Positions 55,210-64,000 of a stretch of 64,000 nt of DNA are shown here, piece by piece. Position numbers and translations under genes: made by a program. Where the stretch lies: positions 51,646,001 to 51,710,000 of the forward strand of contig NC_043015.1 in assembly GCF_006345805.1 (NCBI RefSeq), read 5' to 3'. Origin of the DNA: Octopus sinensis. Lineage: Eukaryota. Below the pieces are notes generated by a model that did no database searches, was not told the DNA's origin, and saw only the letters and a list, made by a program, of their open reading frames with translations. Positions within the stretch are counted from its first letter, which is position 1, and every line of letters starts with the position of its first letter.

Positions 55210-55797
55210 TATAACAACTGAGAAATGCAATGTGAGGTTTCTGTTATGTACTGTCCTGCTTCCGTAAATTTTGTTTGCGGCAGATTTCAAATAATAAGCA
55301 ACAAAATAACTAACAAAATGAATTTTTTTACGAGGCGAATAATTGGTAAATAACATTTTCGTTAAATAATTGATTAATTCATCAATTGATTATGTATTCA
55401 AACTATTGTCCGATGCGAAAACAGCTTTTCAAGTCATCTGAAACGTACGTAAGTGAAATAAAAGCATTGAAGAATATAATTCCTAATTGTTTAATTGCTA
55501 TTATATTCTGTGTTTAATGAACCAAACTATCAATGGTGAATAACTTCGGATTTACAGTTTGCACATATTGCACTGCATGTATAAATTATATGGATTACTA
55601 CTGTATTCGATGGACGTTCTCCCAGCCAGGTTTATGGCATGGAATACTTACTAACTGATGTATTCACTTGACACTCAAAATCTTAATAGTCATCATGGAT
55701 AATTTTGTACAAGTTCGAAATTTGTGCGGAGTTGCGTTCACGAAACCGAAACTTTGAACATCACCCTCTACCTTAACAGTGTTTATATGCATTTTGT

Positions 55798-56117
55798 GAA
55801 GGCGCGTGGCTTAGTGGTTAGGGCATTCGAATGACGATTGTAAGGTCGTGAGTTCGATTCCCGGCGATGCGTTGTGTCCTTGAGCAAGACACTTTATTTA
55901 ACGTTGCTCCAGTCCACTCAGCTGGCAAAAATGAGTAGTACCTGTATTTCAAAGGGCCGGCCTTGTCACACTCTGTATCACGCTGAATCTCCCTGAGAAC
56001 TACGTTAAGGGTACTCGTGTCTGTGGATTGCTCAGCCACTTGCACGTTAATTCCACGAGCAGGCTGTTCCGTTGATCGTATCAGCTGGGACCCCCGTCGT
56101 CGTAACCGACGGAGTGC
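55798..56117 (+). mobile_element. SINE family B, full length
   Basis: GGCGCGTGGCTTAGTGGTTAGGG box A, GAGTTCGATTCCC box B, CORE-like body, tail shared with 24557. Confidence 0.9.
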
Positions 56118-56339
56118 TCTTATTATATGCGCTTACGCGAGTGTGTGTGTGTGTGTGTGTGGTGTGTGTGTGTGTGTGTGTTTATGGCACTCCTAGTAAT
56201 CCGAAAATGAAAATTCGAAGTCTCTATTATCAATATTTTTGTACTCTTCAAAAGGGATTAAGTCGTTAGTTAAATGCTAAGTTATATTTATTATAACCCA
56301 ATATACGAACAAACAGAACAATACCTATCTATCTGTCTT

Positions 56340-56394
<55 letters not shown>

Positions 56395-56423
56395 CTCTAT
56401 CTATCTATCTATCTGTCCAAGCC

Positions 56424-56456
56424 TGGGAGTGGCTTTGTGGTAAGTAGCTTGCTTAC
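56424..56456 (+). mobile_element. SINE family C head fragment abutting the ORF1 element
   Basis: GGAGTGGCTTTGTGGTAAGTAGCTTGCTTAC, then an abrupt switch of sequence. Confidence 0.7.
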
Positions 56457-58331
56457 GTCATTGCTACCTCATTGCGCATGTGCGAATTAGAGTTGTGTTT
56501 GACACCGAAGATGTAAGACGTGGTTTTGAAAGCCGTCTTAAATTGAAGACTTTTGAATACTCAGCCGTAAGGTAAGAATTTTGGGGGTTTAGTGGGGACC
56601 TGTTGTATGTCATAGATTATTTTTACAAGCAAGAAGTCCTCTCTAGACTCTAGTCTGCCTGAGGCTGAGTGAAAATATTCACATAATTGTGAAAATTATT
56701 GGTTTGGTGGGCGTCTCCTGCTAAAACCTTTGTTTGAAAATAGTGTTGTCCTGATAAGGAGTACCTAGAAGAAAAATTGGAATGATTTTTTAACTGTTTT
56801 ACAATTGTGTTAAATTTTGGCCTGGAGTACCAAGTGGCCTTTGCTGTGTTTTGAACTGTTGCACTTTCTTCTTCTATCTTTGATTAAAAAAAACTTTATT
56901 GAACTGTTAATTTTTTTCTCTCTCCTTCCTTTTGTTTGGACTTTCTTCTTCTTCCTTCTTTTTCTTTAATTATTTTATATTTTAATAACTGTATTTTTGG
57001 ACTCTTCCAAAAACCATGGCAAATAAGAATGAAAAGTTGGTGGAGTGGGAAATTACACCACCCAAAAAATGGTTAAAAGAACTTGAAAGTAAGACGGTGG
57101 TTTTGAGAACCTACTCTAGGAACCTCGACGCGATTGCCATTTTCAGAAAGGATATAATCGAAAGAGAGCTGGCAGAATTTAAGCCAGCGATTACGTTTAT
57201 CACCCGGGGGAGGGGGTCAAATACACAACCATGTGGTTGCTGCTTGACTCCCCAGAAGTAGCCTGTGAATTTGCAAGTCAGCCCCTGGAGGGTAATGAAA
57301 TTTTGTTTCTTCCCACTTATTGTGGGAAGAGTTTGACGAGGGCTTGGGTTTGCGGCTTGCCACCCGGAGTTGAGCCCCAGTGGATAGGAGATAGTGTCCG
57401 CCGGGGTCTGGGTGGCAGTTGTACCAAGCTCCTCAGCGTAAATATTCTGCCTGCGGCTGACTGGGAGGGGTCAAAAGATGTTTTGACCCTACGGATCCAG
57501 TCAGCCGAAAGTCTGGTATTTCCAGACTTTTTGAGAATGGCCGTGTCTAAGCATCCGGTGATTCTTAAGGGACGCCCCCGCCCCAAGTGTAATAGGTGCT
57601 TGAAGCCTGGCCATATAAAAAAGAACTGTTCTCAAGGGCAAAGCAAAGTCCCGGAGCGGTTGACGGAGACCTTTGTAGAGGAGGGAATGAAGGTGGCCGA
57701 AGAGACGGAGGACTCCGCAAAGAAGAGCCGCAAAAGGAAGGGGAGCAATATGGGTGCTCACCGAAGGATCCTGGGGATGAGGGAGATGAGGCGAATCTCC
57801 AGGGCACTGAGAAGACGCACCCTCCCCCAGTCGAGAAGAAAAGAAGAAGAAGAGAAGAAGAAACGGGACATTGCCGGCAGTCGGAGACATAACGCCAGAG
57901 TTTCACGGAGCCTCGTGGGTTGTGCCACCGGAGGGGAGGAGGAGACACCATTGGCGGGAATTGTGCCTCCAACAGTGGAATTGACCGACCCGGACCCGGT
58001 GGACCAGACACTGTTGGTCTTCTTTTCTAGAAGAGGAGAGGTGGAAAAGATAGTGAAAAATATATATATTAAATGATTGATAAGGAAGATGGAGTGTACT
58101 GTAAGCTTCCATTAAATAAACCTTAAAGTAAACTCTGTATTCCGTATCAATCATTTAAACTATATTAAACGTTCACCGAGGAATTCCTTACGTAGACCCC
58201 ACACCGACTAGGGTGCAGTACCGCGGATGACGCCTTGTGGCCATTTATGGTGTAAGTGTTCCCAAGGCAGACAACTAGGATAGTCTCCTATCTAATCTAT
58301 AAATTTGAACATAACCTACACACACACACAC

Positions 58332-58362
<31 letters not shown>

Positions 58363-58592
58363 TGTATGTATGTATGTATGTATGTATGTATGTATGTATG
58401 TATGTATGTATGTATTTATGTATATGTGTATGTATGTATGTATGCATGCTGATGTATGTATGTATGTATGTATGTATGTATGTATTGTATGTATGTATGT
58501 ATGTATGTATTTATGTATATATGTATGTAGTGTATGTATGTATGTATGTATGTATGTATGTATGTATGTATGTATGTATATATGTATGTATG

Positions 58593-58626
<34 letters not shown>

Positions 58627-58630
58627 TGTA
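56457..58630 (+). mobile_element. Non-LTR retroposon carrying only ORF1 (putative half-LINE)
   Basis: ~560-bp leader, ORF1, short 3' region and (TATG)n tail; no endonuclease or RT motifs. Confidence 0.6.
57016..58195 (+). pseudogene. Gag-like LINE ORF1 (RRM-like segment plus CCHC zinc knuckle), frameshifted
   Basis: MANKNEK... joins via a frameshift in the G-run near 57205-57217 to ...TRAWVCGLPPGV...CNRCLKPGHIKKNC (C-X2-C-X4-H-X4-C); further probable shifts near 57720 and 58070. Confidence 0.75.
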
Positions 58631-58660
58631 GGTATTATGTATATATATATATATATACCG

Positions 58661-58830
58661 GGTGGTTGGTGTTAGGAAGGACATCCACCCGTAAAAACCA
58701 TGCCAAAACAGACACAGGGGCTTTTATGGTCTTCTATCCGTCCACCTCCTATCAAACAGACAATCCATGCCACCATGTAAGACGGACGTTAAATGATGAT
58801 CATAATGATTATGATGAGGTTGTTGATGAT
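58661..58830 (+). mobile_element. SINE/RTE-type 3' tail with (GAT)n end
   Basis: TGGTGTTAGGAAGGACATCCACCCGTAAAAACCATGCC...GGACGTTAAATGATGAT. Confidence 0.65.
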
Positions 58831-59700
58831 GATGATGGACATGCATATATGTGTGAGCTTGTGTGTGTGTGTGTATGTGTGTGTGTGTGTGCGTATTTAT
58901 ACGTCTTTTCGTGTAGAGACACACCTATATCAATATCCATATCAATATCTATATTAAGCGAGTATTTATATGTATACACGTATGGGTATGTAAATCATTA
59001 CTTTTTTATCTTTCGCATCTTTCCAATATTTGTCACAATCTTCTTAGATTCGAATTCTCTGAAACGGTGTTGGACGAATCCATTATGATGTACAGTAGTG
59101 TTTAAAACATCGATAGATTTAACATCGATGTTGGTGTCTTGAAATAGTTTAGTAAAAGCATTACGCCATATGCCCTCATTTTAAGAGACAATGTCCCTTA
59201 TAGTAAACAGACGGACATACATACATACATACATACATACAGATAGATAATGATACATAGGGGTACATATAAACAGTAAGACAGATAAATAGATAGACAA
59301 CTAGATAGACACACAGCTAGACGTATTCATATGTGTGTGTATGTGTGTGTACACATATAAATAAATACACAGTGGATGAGAGAGAGAAAGACAGAAAGAG
59401 AAAGTGAGCGAGAGTGAAAGATAGTTCGATGGATACATGTTTCGATTAACGGAAACAAAACACACTCGTCCATATATATATATATATGCATATATATATA
59501 TATTTGCATATATGTGTGTATATATATCGATATATATCCATATATATATATATATATACATATACACACACATATATTATATACATATATATATACATAC
59601 ATATATATAGATAGATATATATATATACATACATATATATATAAACATATATATACATATATATATATATATATACATATATATACACATATATATACAC

Positions 59701-59807
<107 letters not shown>

Positions 59808-60196
59808 CGATAAATACACACATATAGTAGTGGGAATATAGACAGATATGTGCAGACTCTATGGAGGGATAGATGCATGGACAGATAAGTAAAAGATATA
59901 CGAAGAGAAGAGCGGATGAAGATGAATGGAAAGGAGCAAAGGAATGGCTATAAATAGGTAGCGGAACAGATGAAGATAATGCACTTTTGCAAATGAATTT
60001 CTATTGATTGAGAATAATGATAGCCAATTTTCTCGAAGACAAGTGTATATTCACATCAAAAGAGACACGTGTAATTACCGACAAACCGAAAACACTGTGA
60101 GGTATGTTGCTCATACCGAAGCATTAATGGTGGCACAAATGAAGTACCCAAACCCCGGTGCCAACCTAACCTCTCACACTACATATGATGTATATA

Positions 60197-60257
<61 letters not shown>

Positions 60258-60335
60258 GAATTGCTTTACTTACATATTAAGTTTTTCACATGCATATGTA
60301 TATATATATATATATATATATAACATATATACATA

Positions 60336-60389
<54 letters not shown>

Positions 60390-60799
60390 TAATATATATA
60401 TGTGTACATATGTATATATATATATATACACATACATATGTATATATATGTGTATATATATGCATATATAGATATAGACATATACACATACCCGTATATA
60501 TATATATGCATGTATGTTAATGTATATATATGTGTGTATGGTATTGTATATATGTCTACATATATAAATAAATATATATATACATGTGTGCATGTGTGTG
60601 TATGTATGTATATATACGTATATATTCATATATCTTTGTTTGTATACATGTGCACGTATGCGTATGATCAAGAGAGTTCATTCAGATGCATGTATACATA
60701 AACATATATATAAACACACGTAACAGCATGTATGTACATACAGATATATATATATATATATATAATATATATATATATCTGTATGTACATACTATATAT

Positions 60800-60833
<34 letters not shown>

Positions 60834-61098
60834 GATATATACATTCACATAAATAGATGTATGTATGACTATATAATACATACATTCATATATTTATATT
60901 TGTGTATTTATGTGTATAAAACAAACTACCTACATACGTATATATATATATATATATATAGATATATATATATATAGATATATATATATATATGCATATG
61001 CATGAATATATATATGTTCGTATGTACATGCGTGTGTATGTATGTATTTACACGGATATGAGTACGTATATACATATATGAATATATATACATATATC

Positions 61099-61129
<31 letters not shown>

Positions 61130-61779
61130 CTAACAAACGTAAAAACTAAAATTAAAACGAAAGTGAACATGAAGCGAAAAATAAAAATAAAAAAGAACAA
61201 ATTAAGTACATCAATAGAATGTAGACAAAAGAAGAATAGAATTGATCAGTAACTGAGAGATCATTTAAAAGCTTTCTAATCTTTAAAGGTGGGAGGCGGA
61301 GGGTGAGGTAAGTATGAGGACGCGGAGTTTTCTTCCTCTTACTTACCTCCCCTCCTACCTCTGTATCCTGAAAATAATTGTCAAATTTGAACTAAGGTTC
61401 ATGAAGAGCTAAGTCGATAGGGTTGTTGGGGTGGTGTACTGGGAGGATATGGTGGTGGTGGTGGTGGTGGTGGTGGTGGTGGTGGGTGTTTTATAGGTGC
61501 TGGGGGAGGGGGAGGGGGGCTTAGATTTAACATCACAACAACGTACAGAATAACGATGACGATGACGACAACGCCAACGCTGACGATGGGATTTCGCAGA
61601 AGGAAAGTTTGGTAGTAATTCAGAAAATTGAGAAAAAAATTAAGAGGACGGCAAAGAGGGAAGAATGAAAGGATGACGAAAAGAAAGAAAGCGAGGAAGG
61701 AGAAGAGAAAGGAAGAAAGAAAGAATGACGGAAGGAAAGAAGGAAGAAGAGAAGGAAGGCAGGAAGGAACATTGAGAAA

Positions 61780-61838
61780 TATAGATAGATAGACAGACAG
61801 ATAGGCAGACGGACAGGCATATAGATAGACAGACAGAC

Positions 61839-61923
<85 letters not shown>

Positions 61924-61994
61924 TGTAGGTAGGTAAGTAAGTAGGTAGATTGATAGATAGATAGATAGAAAGACGGACAGACAGACGGGTAGGC

Positions 61995-62092
<98 letters not shown>

Positions 62093-62093
62093 G

Positions 62094-62151
<58 letters not shown>

Positions 62152-62152
62152 T
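61780..62152. repeat. (GATA)n microsatellite
   Basis: Directly visible. Confidence 0.95.
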
Positions 62153-63239
62153 AAGACAGAGATGAAAGCGGAGTGATTAAAGTGGTGAAAATTAGGACGG
62201 CAGAAATATTTTTAAAAAGTGCTGTGTAAGAAGGAAAGAGAAAGAAAGACGGAAAGAGAAAGAAAAAGTAAGAGAGAAAGAGAAAGGCAGGAACAAAGGA
62301 AGATAAAGACAGGGAGACTAGCAGATCGTCAGGGAAATACTCAAAGACTTCTAATAGTGTTATTGTGGATGTAAGTGTTGATGAAAAGGTTATGAAATGC
62401 GTAAGAGAACAGAAGGAAGAGAGATAAATGATAGGGGGAAAAGAGAAAGATTAGCAAGAGAAGATGTAGGGAGTTGGTGGAGGAGATGAGAATATTTAGA
62501 GAGGAAGAAGGAGAGAGAAAATTAGGGAAGAAATAAGTTAGAGAGTGTGAATGAGAACGGGGTTCCTGAAGATAGAAATAGAATGAGAAAATACAGGAAT
62601 AAGTGAGAGGAGAAGATACATACAAAGGGAAAAGAAAGAAATAAAGGAAACGAAGAAATAAGAGAATGAGAGAGAGAGAGAAGTAGAGAATTAAGGATAG
62701 AAAAGGAGTGAAAGTTTTTAAAAGTGGCGATAATTAAAGGGTGAGTAAAACAGAAACGCAAGCAAGACAATTATTGATGGACGGTGTAACCTCGATGTTC
62801 TGTTGATCTGATGAGCTAGCTTTCTTTATTTGCATTGATTCCTGAATATACACTCGTATTGTATAATGCATCATAGATTGAATATTAATAAAAACATGTA
62901 ATCAATTTTATTGTTCACTGAAATTATTACTATAGGAAGAAGGTTGCGAAACGGCCGTAAACCCTAAGGGTGTCAAATAGCTAAATAAATATATTCATCT
63001 CTGGCTTTATGATATATATATAAACACGTATATGTATATATACATATGCACATATATATATATCCTGGACTTGTGGCGTAACACTGCTACCAATAGTTGT
63101 GAAAGGAATTTCAACCATTTTCCAACGATCCACTACCAATTTTGATGATTATCACCTTTAGCATTTTTACCGCTTGAATTTTTGGAAACTTTCTCGTCGT
63201 GAAAACATTGATAGCATTGTTAATCAAAGCATAAATTGT

Positions 63240-63287
<48 letters not shown>

Positions 63288-63301
63288 ATATATATATATT
63301 A

Positions 63302-63425
63302 TAATTAAGGGTATTTAAGAAATACCACCTTGCTAGAAATAGCAGCCAAAACTTGGCTCTAAAATTAGAGTCAAGTTTTGGCTGCAATTTTTAGAATGGT
63401 TGTATCTCTTAGATACCCTTAATTA
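63302..63425. repeat. Imperfect fold-back (~60-bp arms)
   Basis: TAATTAAGGGTAT/ATACCCTTAATTA outer stem and GCAGCCAAAACTTGGCTCTA/TAGAGTCAAGTTTTGGCTGC inner stem. Confidence 0.85.
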
Positions 63426-63489
63426 CAATTTTAAAAATAATTATTACTTTGAGGTTTTTATTTCAATGCTGACCATCTGATAAGATCGG

Positions 63490-63525
<36 letters not shown>

Positions 63526-63844
63526 GCCGATGTGTCGGTACCATAGTGGCATACGTGTGGCAGCTGATGATGAGCATAGACGTTTGTAAATTTCTTACAT
63601 CTTAGTCGTCTCTTTATTTTGAGTTTCTCTTCGTTCTTGTAGAGTGGAAAGCGTTTCTGGATCCATAGATTATAACGAACACCTGGATTGGTATGGTTGT
63701 TTTTTTTCTTAACAGGATGAGATAACGTTTAGATATTGTGGTGTCCAGTTTTGTAAAGATCTCTCGAATATGTATGTGTGTGTGTATGTGTGTTTATGTG
63801 TGTGTGTGTGTGTGTGCGCGCGCGTGCCTGTGTGTGTGTGTATG

Positions 63845-64000
63845 TCTCATTGTTCAGTCTTGTTTCGAGATGTTTTGCTAATAAAGAAAGAGCCGGTTCC
63901 TAACCTACATCTAAGGCTCCTTCATAGGGATTTCAACATCAACAACAGGGCATGTATGGATGTATATATGTATGTATATGTATGTATGTATGTATGTATG
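63845..64000 (+). repeat. Probable retroposon 3' end with (TATG)n tail
   Basis: Unique-looking segment running directly into (TATG)n; family not identifiable. Confidence 0.35.

Noticed and set aside
62942-62963. GGTT-GC-GAAAC-GGCC-GTA-AACC
   Set aside because: CUGANGA and stem II are absent.

Overview
AT-rich eukaryotic non-coding DNA. The tRNA-derived SINE families and the dense (TA)n/(GATA)n/(TAA)n/(GAT)n microsatellites point to Octopus (inference; no database search was run). No host protein-coding gene is recognisable, and nearly all supplied ORFs are microsatellite artefacts. Protein-like sequence is confined to decayed retroelements: a gag-like CCHC ORF1 (57.0-58.2 kb), two R4/Dong-clade LINE pieces (42.6-44.1 kb) and an RTE 3' fragment with an 8-bp TSD (32.6-33.0 kb). 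There are about 25 SINE copies or fragments from four head types, plus several MITEs, including two GGATCTTTTC-ended elements with perfect 8-bp TSDs. Best leads: (1) an apparent ORF1-only (half-LINE) retroposon whose structured 3' end and (TATG)n tail recur in a second copy at 49.5-49.7 kb, with a compensatory hairpin change; (2) several Penelope-type minimal hammerhead ribozyme motifs, one with a fully intact core (16655-16717, minus) and two arranged head-to-head in a palindrome; (3) several young fold-back or inverted duplications, including a 100% identical 130-bp pair.
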